From Candidatus Poribacteria bacterium (GTDB taxonomy: Bacteria; Poribacteria; WGA-4E; WGA-3G), in assembly GCA_965214095.1 (NCBI GenBank), contig OZ243938.1, positions 1,280,001 to 1,344,000 on the forward strand: a DNA stretch of 64,000 nucleotides, written 5' to 3'. Below, piece after piece: positions 41,178 to 49,861 of the stretch (positions are counted from its first letter, which is position 1; each line of letters opens with the position of its first letter). Under the pieces are notes generated by a model. The model worked only from the letters and a program-made list of their open reading frames with translations, searched no databases and was not told the origin of the DNA. The position numbers were made by a program, and so were the translations under genes.

Positions 41178-41263
41178 GTCATAGTACCCACACCCTAAAG
41201 GTTGGGGAAACTTGTGTTTCTTTGCAGACTGCCGAGCTAAGCTACGTCTTCCGTCCACTCCAC
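41178..41263 (-). mobile_element. Remnant right end of a tnpB-type IS (IS200/IS605 or IS607) with omega-RNA/reRNA-like scaffold
   Basis: Minus strand GTGGAG-TGGAC...AAGAC...GGCA-GTCTGC...GAAACAC, then subterminal hairpin CCCCAACC-TTTA-GGGTGTGGG and terminal TATGAC. No tnpB ORF is adjacent. Confidence 0.6.
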
Positions 41264-41284
41264 TTTTTATGCAGCTCTATCCAT

Positions 41285-42121
41285 CTAATGAACCATTGAC
41301 CCACCAGCTACAGGTATAGCTAAACCTGTTAAAAAGTTTGATTGTTCTGATGCCAGAAAAGATATTGTATTAGCAACGTCTGTTCTTGTTGCTAGTCTGC
41401 CAAGTGGAACTAAACCTGATCTGTTCTGTATGAGTTCTACATACTTATCTTTGAATTGTTCATTATTCTCAGTTAGAGCATTAACAAGCTCGGTAACCCG
41501 TTCTGTATCCACTAAACTTGGACAGACAGCATTGACGTTTATCTGATAAGGCGCAAGTTCAAGAGCAAGTGCTTGAGTGAGTCCTATAATAGCAAACTTT
41601 GAAGCACTATACGCAGCGTATTTTGGCATAGCTTCTTTTCCGACTACAGAAGAGATATTGATTATCTTACCGTGTATTTTTCTTTCTATAAAATGGCGAG
41701 CGACAGCTTGTGAGGTAAGAAATGTACCTTTAGCATTTACTTTGATCACTCTATCCCATTCTTTTTCATCTAAGTCAACAGCAAGAACTCGGTCTTTGCC
41801 CGGTTTAGATCCAGCATTATTAACAAGTATATCTATTCTACCTAACTTGGATACTATTTTTTCTATCATGGCAGATACTTCATTTGAGTTCGTAATATCT
41901 GCTACAAAGCCACAGGAGCGTTTGCCAAGCGATTCTATTTCACTAACGACATCTTGTAGTCCTTGCCATTCAGATTCATCTAAGTTATACGGTTTTTCGG
42001 CAACATCATTAATGGCAACATCAGCACCATCATTTGCTAACTTAACTGCAATAGCGCGACCTAAACCAAACTCACCCGCAGCACCTGTTACGAGGGCAAT
42101 CTTTCCATTCAGATTACTCAT
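41285..42121 (-). CDS. Short-chain dehydrogenase/reductase (SDR)
   Basis: Motifs TGAA...GLG, DILVNNAG, YSASK and VNAVCP. Confidence 0.93.
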   Translation of the reverse strand: MSNLNGKIALVTGAAGEFGLGRAIAVKLANDGADVAINDVAEKPYNLDESEWQGLQDVVSEIESLGKRSCGFVADITNSNEVSAMIEKIVSKLGRIDILVNNAGSKPGKDRVLAVDLDEKEWDRVIKVNAKGTFLTSQAVARHFIERKIHGKIINISSVVGKEAMPKYAAYSASKFAIIGLTQALALELAPYQINVNAVCPSLVDTERVTELVNALTENNEQFKDKYVELIQNRSGLVPLGRLATRTDVANTISFLASEQSNFLTGLAIPVAGGSMVH

Positions 42122-42149
42122 ACTATCTCCTCTTGTTTCATAACGCGGG

Positions 42150-42166
42150 TTAAATTGACACTCATG
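42150..42166 (-). mobile_element. Solo IS4/IS231-like terminal inverted repeat
   Basis: TTAAATTGACACTCATG matches the right TIR of the MITE at 59067-59083 at 14/17 and abuts the stop codon of the upstream gene. Confidence 0.5.
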
Positions 42167-42667
42167 CTAAGAACTTGGTTTGAAAAAGGTGACAAGACAA
42201 CCACCGACCGCAGCAAGCAAAATTCCAAGAACAAATTCCCAACGGACAGCACTCCAACCTCCTTTAGGTGGATGCGACAATGTCGCAACAATAGCATTCA
42301 CTATTGGTGCTCCTGCAAAGACAATAGACATTACAACAGCAGGTCGACCCCCAGCACCGAATGCAAGCAGCACACCGAACGCTCCGATAGCACCGACAAC
42401 CCCCGCAAGAAAAGACCACCTTACACCTTTACCACTAAACGTCCATTCTGCCCCGGTAGAGTACAGCAAAATTGCAGACCCAATGACAGCTACCAAGAGA
42501 TATGCCAATCCCACAAACAGAAACGCTTTATAACGTCTCGGTGCTGCATCATCTAAAGACTCCACAGTAGGATCTTTCATAGCATCCTGACCTTTATGCA
42601 AAAAAACACCGTAGAGTCCCCAAGAGGAGACAGTTAGAACAGCAAAAATTAACCACAATTTACCCAT
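42167..42667 (-). CDS. Small 5-TM membrane protein (DMT/EamA-like half)
   Basis: Motifs SWGLYG, AGVVGAIGA.G and VMSIVFAGAPIVN; GGAGGT RBS before ATG 42667. Confidence 0.7.
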   Translation of the reverse strand: MGKLWLIFAVLTVSSWGLYGVFLHKGQDAMKDPTVESLDDAAPRRYKAFLFVGLAYLLVAVIGSAILLYSTGAEWTFSGKGVRWSFLAGVVGAIGAFGVLLAFGAGGRPAVVMSIVFAGAPIVNAIVATLSHPPKGGWSAVRWEFVLGILLAAVGGCLVTFFKPSS

Positions 42668-42703
42668 AATATTTACCTCCAATTTGAAATAAGTAATTCC
42701 ATT

Positions 42704-43993
42704 TTATAGATATTTTTTGAACACTTGCATGAGTTGTTGTGCAATGATTTCATCACTGAAATTTTGATGAACATTCTCTTTACCTGTTTTCCCCAAATGT
42801 CTACGTCTTTCAGAATCTCGATATAATTGAAGTATACCTTCAGCCACGGCATCTGAAGATTCAGGTTGGACCAATATGCCTCCGCCAGTCGCATCAACCA
42901 TTTCAGGAAATGATCCGTGTTCCGGTTGAACTACCGGTATCCCATTTGCGAGTGCTTCCAAGATAGACAACCCCTTTGATTCACGGTAAACTGTGGGAAC
43001 AGAGAAAACATGGAGTTGGTTGAGAAAGTCTATCTTTTGAGAACGCGTGACCTCGCCATAATGAACAAAACTCTCTTGTAAGCCCCACGCATCTATCTGA
43101 TTGACCAACTCCTCAAAATAGGGTTCATCCTTCTTACCAAGATATCCCGCAACATGAAGTTCTACATTGTCTGATCCCAACTCCTTTGTCAGTGTATAGA
43201 AAGCACTAACCAACAAGTGCAGACCTTTTTCTGGACAGATACGAGCCAAATAACCGATTTTGAGAGGTGGAGGCTCTGTCTTATCATTCAACTCACCGTG
43301 TCCATCTAAATTTAGACCCAAGGGAACAATATGGACTCTATCCACAGAAACTTGTAAATATTCTTCTGCCATATACCGTGCATAATAGTTACAAGGTGCA
43401 ACAAATCCATCAGCATCTACAGCGCGTTCCGCTAATAGTGCTAATGCCTCAATTTTGTATGGGTCAATCAGGTCTCGTAGGAAGATGTCCTCACCTTGCA
43501 AAGCACAAATTACAGGAACGTCCAATGCGTTCTTTATTTCTCTTGCCATGCCAATTAGCATAGAGTTAGTCAAATATACAAGATCCAGTCGGTTGTCTTC
43601 ACGTAACCATTTGACTAATTTTGCCAATTCTTTCCTTTGATAACCTTCTTCAGCACTCAACATTGAGACTGTCAATTCCCCCAAATCTCTCGCGTCTGTA
43701 GATGCACTGAGGCCCGCTAAACTGTTGAGCAGCTTCGGACTATCCAACATCCTATCAAACACCCAAGGAGTATGCCGAAAGAGTGAAAGTTTCTGTTGGA
43801 GATATACATTAATCCCTCCATAAAAGATGCGATCCAAACTTACATTTTCTTCGTCTGTTCGGGTAGGTGTATATGTCGGAATCAATGAAACGTTATGTCC
43901 CTGTTTATTTAATACTGTTGCTACGGCATTATCATGGATACAAGTTCCACAATACATTCCTGCAGCGCCAGCTGTAATATAAGCAACTTTCAT
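42704..43993 (-). CDS. Glycosyltransferase family 4 (GT-B)
   Basis: IGYLARICPEKG and ESKGLSILEALANGIPVV; N-terminal GAAGMYCGTC. Confidence 0.9.
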   Translation of the reverse strand: MKVAYITAGAAGMYCGTCIHDNAVATVLNKQGHNVSLIPTYTPTRTDEENVSLDRIFYGGINVYLQQKLSLFRHTPWVFDRMLDSPKLLNSLAGLSASTDARDLGELTVSMLSAEEGYQRKELAKLVKWLREDNRLDLVYLTNSMLIGMAREIKNALDVPVICALQGEDIFLRDLIDPYKIEALALLAERAVDADGFVAPCNYYARYMAEEYLQVSVDRVHIVPLGLNLDGHGELNDKTEPPPLKIGYLARICPEKGLHLLVSAFYTLTKELGSDNVELHVAGYLGKKDEPYFEELVNQIDAWGLQESFVHYGEVTRSQKIDFLNQLHVFSVPTVYRESKGLSILEALANGIPVVQPEHGSFPEMVDATGGGILVQPESSDAVAEGILQLYRDSERRRHLGKTGKENVHQNFSDEIIAQQLMQVFKKYL

Positions 43994-44050
43994 GTTTTAT
44001 CTTTGCAACAAGAATAATAGCGTATAACTTGGCAAATATCCTTTCACATA

Positions 44051-45511
44051 TCATGTATTGAAATATCTATCAATCGTTTCAGATGAAGGTGGTTTTGTGA
44101 TTAGGGAAACAATTATTAAAATTAAGGTAGATACAAGTATGATGACTGAAACTGGCATAATCCCTGTTCCACCTACAGTATATCCAGAAGTCTGCCAGTA
44201 TCGTAGAAAGAAAAAGAGCCACAGCAGAATGACACTAAATATTGAAGCAAGTACACCGTGCTTAGTACTTCCCTTCCAGAATAGTGCTGCAACTACTATG
44301 GGGAAAAGGCCTGAGAAACCCGTGAAAGACCATATAGCCAACCTGAAAATACTTGGTTTCGCAATTAAAGATATAATATAGGTTATACTGATGATAGCAA
44401 TCACAAATAACCTTCCAACCCATACCTGTTGTTTTTCTGTCATCTGCTCTTTCCCACTTTTTCTGAGGTAAGGACGTACGATGTCATTCGTAAACATGCT
44501 CCCAAGAGAGAGTGTTTGTGAATCAAGTGACGACATAATTGCAGCAAAGACACCTGCTCCTAAAAACCCTGCTAATACCCCTGGTGCGTGTTGACGAATC
44601 ATCTGAATCAGTACGCTGTTGACTTCCGGTCCTTTTAATGCAGGGAAATCCACATTTCCCAATATACCAAGTAGTACACTCGGCACCCACACAATGGCAA
44701 TACACACGGGATAAAGAATAATCGGATAACGGAATGTGCTTACGTCTTTCGCTGTAAGACAGTGTGAAAAGATGTGAGGAAACATCCCGACTGATAACGG
44801 AATACACGTATAAGTCAACAGTTCCAAAGGTTTTATGTGGTCTGTTTGTCTTAATAAACTTGTATCAACTTTGGATAGTGCGGTGGAAAATCCACCCATC
44901 CGATATATGATGACAACAAAGGTAACACCACCGAGAATCATGAAAACAAGCGTTTGAAATGTGTTGACCCACGCAGTGCCACGCATACCACTATAGGTAA
45001 CATAGCACAGCACAACGGCAGAAATCAATAACCCACCGACCCACTGCGGAATTGCATTCTCTGTAATTTTAGAGATTGTATCGCCACCACCCATAACACC
45101 AATCAGTAGATAAGGTATAAGTAACAGTACTAACACAATAAAGAGCAATAGTCCCAATCCATTTGATTCCCATCGGTCACGAAAGAATTGAACTTGTGTG
45201 ACATATCCGAACTTCTTTCCAATCTTCCACAATCGTGTTCCAATAAAAAGAAACACACAAGGTACAATGATTGCAGATGAGGATGCCATCAATGCAAACA
45301 CACCAATACCTCTGTGGTATGCTTCACCGGACGCACCAAGTATAGAAAATGCTGTCATGTGTGTCCCAAAAAGAGACATCAACAACATAAACCAACTTAT
45401 GTTACGGCTTGCGACAAAGTAATCTTCACCTGTGTTTCGGAAAAACTTGTGGCTCAGGAGACCGAGACTCAGCACTAATGCAAGGTAGATAATAATGACT
45501 GCCAGAATCAT
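44051..45511 (-). CDS. Sodium:solute symporter (SSS) family transporter
   Basis: Motifs DYFVASR, GMRGTAWVNTFQ and AAIMSSLDSQ; ATGA coupling to the upstream small gene. Confidence 0.9.
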   Translation of the reverse strand: MILAVIIIYLALVLSLGLLSHKFFRNTGEDYFVASRNISWFMLLMSLFGTHMTAFSILGASGEAYHRGIGVFALMASSSAIIVPCVFLFIGTRLWKIGKKFGYVTQVQFFRDRWESNGLGLLLFIVLVLLLIPYLLIGVMGGGDTISKITENAIPQWVGGLLISAVVLCYVTYSGMRGTAWVNTFQTLVFMILGGVTFVVIIYRMGGFSTALSKVDTSLLRQTDHIKPLELLTYTCIPLSVGMFPHIFSHCLTAKDVSTFRYPIILYPVCIAIVWVPSVLLGILGNVDFPALKGPEVNSVLIQMIRQHAPGVLAGFLGAGVFAAIMSSLDSQTLSLGSMFTNDIVRPYLRKSGKEQMTEKQQVWVGRLFVIAIISITYIISLIAKPSIFRLAIWSFTGFSGLFPIVVAALFWKGSTKHGVLASIFSVILLWLFFFLRYWQTSGYTVGGTGIMPVSVIILVSTLILIIVSLITKPPSSETIDRYFNT

Positions 45512-45702
45512 TTCTCTCTCCACATAAATTTGACGAGGGAATACATTAGCACAGAAGCAGCGAAGCAAAAGAGTATGTGATAGAGCAATCCTATAGGTAG
45601 TCCCAAGACGATTTCAGATGTTCCCCAGAACCAGAAATCGTTATGAAGAATAAACAGAACCACCAGTAATACATATAGAATCCATCTAAGTGTAGTTTTC
45701 AT
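45508..45702 (-). CDS. DUF3311-type small 2-TM partner of the SSS transporter
   Basis: LHNDFW.W...LGLP.GL.YH motif directly upstream of the SSS gene. Confidence 0.75.
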   Translation of the reverse strand: MKTTLRWILYVLLVVLFILHNDFWFWGTSEIVLGLPIGLLYHILFCFAASVLMYSLVKFMWREK

Positions 45703-47701
45703 GTGTCACCTCACCCCCACGCCAATTATAGTAAAAAATAAAAACACATGCAAGCAACGTTATCCCATGTATCCACATTAAATTCAGTTCAGTAGGTATA
45801 AAGAAAAGCAGTGCTGCAGCAACAAACATCACACAACGTTCCCACACTGATATATCCTTAAATGCGTAACCAGCAATACTTGATGCAAAAAACACAGTGC
45901 CAGCCAATGTCCAGAAGAGATTGACAAAAATAATCCATAAGTGCGGACTACCACCCTCAGCACTGAGCCATAGCAATTCTGGTCGAAGGACAAACGCATA
46001 GGGTAATGCAAAACCCACAAGTGCAAAGCGAAAAGCAGTGAACGCAGTCTGCATGATACCAGAATTCGCAATCGCAGCAGCAGTATATGCAGCCAGTGCA
46101 ACGGGTGGTGTAACCATTGACATCATTCCGAAATAAAATATAAAGAAGTGTGCAGCAAGTGGAACGACCCCTAAGTCAAGCAGCACCGGACCGACCAAAA
46201 TCGCCATCAACAGATAACACACTGAGGATGGCAGTCCCATGCCTAATATGATTGTAGAAATCATGAGCAGAAACAACGCAAGTAACAGATTCGTTTCAGC
46301 AAGTGGCAGGAGAACTCTCGGCAATTTTGAACCGACACCTGTAAGTGTAACAACACCGAGAATAATACCAACACAAGAAGCAGCGGCTATCAACGACACC
46401 CCGCTATGTCCTGCGTTTTCCATCGCCTTGAAAATACCTGATACACCCACGCGTGTTCTTATATGAAATAGACTGACGATTAAAACAACCAACAAACTCC
46501 AACTGACCGCACGGAATGGTGTTGCTCCCATAAGTAGAGTCAAAATCAAGATGAAAAACGCTGCAAAAAACACTACGCCTTGCATGATGGGTAGTTTTTC
46601 TGTAGGATTATCATTTACAACTTTATGATCTATATCAACATTTTCTTCAGTTGTTCCCGCTGATTGATTAGACTTTGTTGTTACGTTAATGGTTCGTTTT
46701 GCATAAAAATGCACGATGAGTAGAAGGGCAGTGTAATATAGAATTGCTGGCAAAAGTGCTGCTCTGATGATTTCTAAATAGGTTACAGTTGGTTGGACAA
46801 TTTCTAACATCATGTAGGCAGCTGCACCCATTATTGGAGGGACTAACGCACCACCTGAACTTGCCGCTGCTTCAATACCTCCTGCAATTTCAGGTTTGAA
46901 ACCTACACTCCGCATCAACGGAATTGTGAATGTGCCGGTTGTAGCTGTGTTTGCAACTGCAGAACCGGACAAAGACCCCATCATACCACTGCCAATCACT
47001 GCCACCTTTGCCGGACTGCCTGTGCTTGTCCCGAATATCCGTCTTGCCAAATTCAGAATATAAGCGGTGGCACCGGTGCGTTCCAGAAATGTCCCAAACA
47101 ACACAAACAGAAATACATACGTGAACATCACACGGAGTGCAACACCAAACACACCACCATGCAGGAATGTTTGACTGATAATGCGTTTGATGGAATACCC
47201 GCGATGTGGAAATAACCAACTGGGTAGGTACTGACCGAAACTTGCATAGAGTAGGAATACGATAGCGAGTAATGGTAGGGTAATACCGATAGAACGTCGG
47301 GTTGCCTCTAAAATCAAAACAAGTCCGAATCCACCAACATAGAAATCTAAAATGTGTTCTGCTGATGCGCGATCCCCAAGAAATCTGTCGCTCAACCAAA
47401 ATCTTTCAAACATCGGTTCCGTTTGAATAACTACATAACCGAAGCAGAAAACGACACCGCCTATCAAAACAAAATCAAGGATATTGCAGATAACATTATC
47501 AGCAAGACGAGGATGAAGTGGATATTTCAAAAGGACAACTATTAACCCAAACATTGCGAAGAGTGCTAATGCTGACTGCGGTTTCAGCAGTGGATAGTTG
47601 ACTTCGGATAGAATAAAAAGACATAGTATTACCGCAACAGGTAGAATGAGGGAGGGTTTTATCTGTTTCAAAAGAGGAAGTGAACCTATCCTTTTATTCA
47701 A
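45686..47701 (-). CDS. TRAP transporter fused permease (TAXI-type 4TM/12TM)
   Basis: Motifs GSAVAN..TTG.FTIP, EAAASSGG..VPPIMGAAA, LGMGLP and TPPVALAAY. Exact start uncertain. Confidence 0.9.
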   Translation of the reverse strand: MNKRIGSLPLLKQIKPSLILPVAVILCLFILSEVNYPLLKPQSALALFAMFGLIVVLLKYPLHPRLADNVICNILDFVLIGGVVFCFGYVVIQTEPMFERFWLSDRFLGDRASAEHILDFYVGGFGLVLILEATRRSIGITLPLLAIVFLLYASFGQYLPSWLFPHRGYSIKRIISQTFLHGGVFGVALRVMFTYVFLFVLFGTFLERTGATAYILNLARRIFGTSTGSPAKVAVIGSGMMGSLSGSAVANTATTGTFTIPLMRSVGFKPEIAGGIEAAASSGGALVPPIMGAAAYMMLEIVQPTVTYLEIIRAALLPAILYYTALLLIVHFYAKRTINVTTKSNQSAGTTEENVDIDHKVVNDNPTEKLPIMQGVVFFAAFFILILTLLMGATPFRAVSWSLLVVLIVSLFHIRTRVGVSGIFKAMENAGHSGVSLIAAASCVGIILGVVTLTGVGSKLPRVLLPLAETNLLLALFLLMISTIILGMGLPSSVCYLLMAILVGPVLLDLGVVPLAAHFFIFYFGMMSMVTPPVALAAYTAAAIANSGIMQTAFTAFRFALVGFALPYAFVLRPELLWLSAEGGSPHLWIIFVNLFWTLAGTVFFASSIAGYAFKDISVWERCVMFVAAALLFFIPTELNLMWIHGITLLACVFIFYYNWRGGEVTHENYT

Positions 47702-47785
47702 GAGACTTGATGAGTTGCGGTATGAAGAAGTAAAAGCGTGTCTATAGCGTCATCACATCTATTGTCTACACGGAACTTGCTTTAT

Positions 47786-47814
47786 AGTTTAGCAAATAAT
47801 AGTGTGTGTGTCAA
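47786..47814 (-). promoter_or_regulatory. Sigma70-type promoter of the TRAP/SSS operon
   Basis: Minus strand TTGACA-17-TAAACT with a TG extension. Confidence 0.6.
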
Positions 47815-47863
47815 ATTAAATAGGGAAAGACAGGATTGTTTAGTTTTAGGATTTTGTTCAATA

Positions 47864-48505
47864 TTATTCACTAATGTTAATTTTGTCATGGGTTTGTATT
47901 CCTTTTTCAGTGAAAATATGATGCATGGGTATATCCCACGGTTGTGGGTATGTCTCATCTACTATTTGAACTTGAAATGCAATACCAACAGAAACTGCAT
48001 TCGGACATTTCGGTTGAAACCTATCATAAAAACCCTTTCCATATCCGAGACGATGACCGTTTTTGTCAAAAGCAATAGCAGGAACAAGTATGAGTTGTAG
48101 TTGATGCGTGGGGAAAACAGGACAACTTTCCTTTGGTTCATACATGCCATATCTGTGTAAAACTAAGTCTTCATCCAAATTCTGAATCTGTTTTGGATTC
48201 AAGCCACCGCTTTTTGTGTCAACTACGGGGGCAATAATTTTTCTATCTTGTTTAAGAAGGAGTTCAACCAGCTGCCAAGTTTCCACCTCACTTTTCATAC
48301 TTAGGTATACCATGACTGCATCAAAAGTATATCCTTGGTCACTTTTTTCCTTCCTCTGAATCCACTCAAATAGATGTTCAGTAATTCGTTTGCTGAGCAT
48401 AATGCGTTCAGCAGGTGTGATATTATCACGTTTTCGCAATATTTCAGACCGAATGGAATTCCGTTTTTTCGTAATGTCCATCTTTATTATCTTTATTCTT
48501 CCCAT
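47864..48505 (-). CDS. 5-formyltetrahydrofolate cyclo-ligase (YgfA/MTHFS family)
   Basis: LVPAIAFD..G.RLGYGKGFYDR and WDIPM..IFTE; alternative start at 48481. Confidence 0.92.
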   Translation of the reverse strand: MGRIKIIKMDITKKRNSIRSEILRKRDNITPAERIMLSKRITEHLFEWIQRKEKSDQGYTFDAVMVYLSMKSEVETWQLVELLLKQDRKIIAPVVDTKSGGLNPKQIQNLDEDLVLHRYGMYEPKESCPVFPTHQLQLILVPAIAFDKNGHRLGYGKGFYDRFQPKCPNAVSVGIAFQVQIVDETYPQPWDIPMHHIFTEKGIQTHDKINISE

Positions 48506-49839
48506 TCAATGTGATCAATATGCTTTGCAAGTGCATCACGAAAAGTGGAGGGTTTCATGGATAACAACCGAGCGGCTTGTGTTTTGTTACCTTTTGTCTT
48601 TCGCATTGCCCATGCGATGAGTTCGCGTTCAGTGGATTTGATGATTTCATGGAAAGAGGTTAAACTTGGTGTAGTGTCAAGTTGTTGTGAAGTTGGTAAT
48701 TTAATCTCAATAGGAATGTCTTCTTTGGTAATTTCATTTCCATTGTACACAGTAACAAGACGTTCAATTATATTTTCAAGCTCACTGATGTTACCTGACC
48801 ACGGATAATCGGAAAGTACATCAATAGCATCAGGACTAATTTTGATAGATTGGTGAGGTGAGAATATATCCAAGAAATGGTTGATTAATATAGGAATGTC
48901 GCCTTTTCGTTCTCGTAAGGGAGGCAAAAATAATGGAATAACATTTAGTTGATAGTACAAATCTTCAAGGAACTCACCGCGTTTCGTTTTATCTTTCAGA
49001 TTGTCACGAGATGTTGATATGATGCGTATATCTATTTCAGATGATTCTGTGTCATCAGCTTCCGTATGTTCCATACTCTCCAATATTGCTAATAATTTTG
49101 CTTGTAGGTTTAATGGAACAGAATCCACATTTGCGATGAACAGAGTGCCTCTGTTTGCTATTTGTATCTTACCTTGTCTGTCACTGTCACCGAAGAGTTC
49201 AGATTCTATGGTATCAGCAGTAAGACCATAAGAATTGAAGTTGACATAAGGTTGATGTAGACGTGAACTCTTGAGATGTATAGTTTTACCTAAAAGAGAT
49301 TTTCCCGTTCCTTCTTCGCCATATATCATTACATTGCTATCAACAGAAGCAACTTTGGGAATCATATTGAAAATTTCTTGTATCTGTTGACTTTTTCCGA
49401 TAAGTGTTTGATATAAAGAAGTTTCTTGATTTGTATCTTCAGATTTTTGAGACGATGGTGTTCTATCAGCTTGTGTTTTATTTCGTAATGCCTTTAATTT
49501 ATCCAGCATCAGGATTAACTCATCACTTGAAAATGGTTTTTTAATATAGTTATATGCCCCAAACCTTAATGCCTCAACAGCTGTTTCAACACTTGCATAA
49601 GCCGTCATTACGATAACAGTGATATGTGGGTGTTCCTTTTTGACTCTTTTTAGGAAATCAATCCCATGCATCTGTGGCATACGTAGATCTGTGACTAAAA
49701 CATCAAATGCCTCCTGTTGTAAGAGTTGTAGTCCAATAAGAGGGGAATCCACTGCGATAGTATCGTAATTTGATTCTCGCAAGTCATCCCGTAGTGTTAC
49801 TCTTTTAATTTTTTCGTCATCAACAACAAGTATTTTCAT
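48493..49839 (-). CDS. NtrC-family response regulator (receiver, degenerate AAA+, Fis-type HTH)
   Basis: ILVVDDE, DLRMP, KPF, GEEGTGKS, PPLRER..DI and GNKTQAARLL; GAGGG RBS before ATG 49839. Confidence 0.9.
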   Translation of the reverse strand: MKILVVDDEKIKRVTLRDDLRESNYDTIAVDSPLIGLQLLQQEAFDVLVTDLRMPQMHGIDFLKRVKKEHPHITVIVMTAYASVETAVEALRFGAYNYIKKPFSSDELILMLDKLKALRNKTQADRTPSSQKSEDTNQETSLYQTLIGKSQQIQEIFNMIPKVASVDSNVMIYGEEGTGKSLLGKTIHLKSSRLHQPYVNFNSYGLTADTIESELFGDSDRQGKIQIANRGTLFIANVDSVPLNLQAKLLAILESMEHTEADDTESSEIDIRIISTSRDNLKDKTKRGEFLEDLYYQLNVIPLFLPPLRERKGDIPILINHFLDIFSPHQSIKISPDAIDVLSDYPWSGNISELENIIERLVTVYNGNEITKEDIPIEIKLPTSQQLDTTPSLTSFHEIIKSTERELIAWAMRKTKGNKTQAARLLSMKPSTFRDALAKHIDHIEWEE

Positions 49840-49861
49840 TTTTTCCCTCATCAATGTGTAT

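Noticed and set aside
41178-41250. Plus-strand reading as an IscB/HEARO omega-RNA 5' end (GTCA..ACCC..CTAAAG..GGGG..CTTG..CTACGT)
   Set aside because: Downstream HEARO-like elements and an iscB ORF are absent; the minus-strand TnpB right-end reading explains more of the pairing. Not fully excluded.
41577-42556. Long antisense ORFs (188, 133 and 117 aa) and similar ones such as 46890-47399
   Set aside because: They are shadow frames of well-supported genes, with no recognisable motifs or RBS.
48481-48540. 6S RNA expected upstream of 5-formyl-THF cyclo-ligase
   Set aside because: There is no intergenic space; the regulator gene abuts or overlaps the start.
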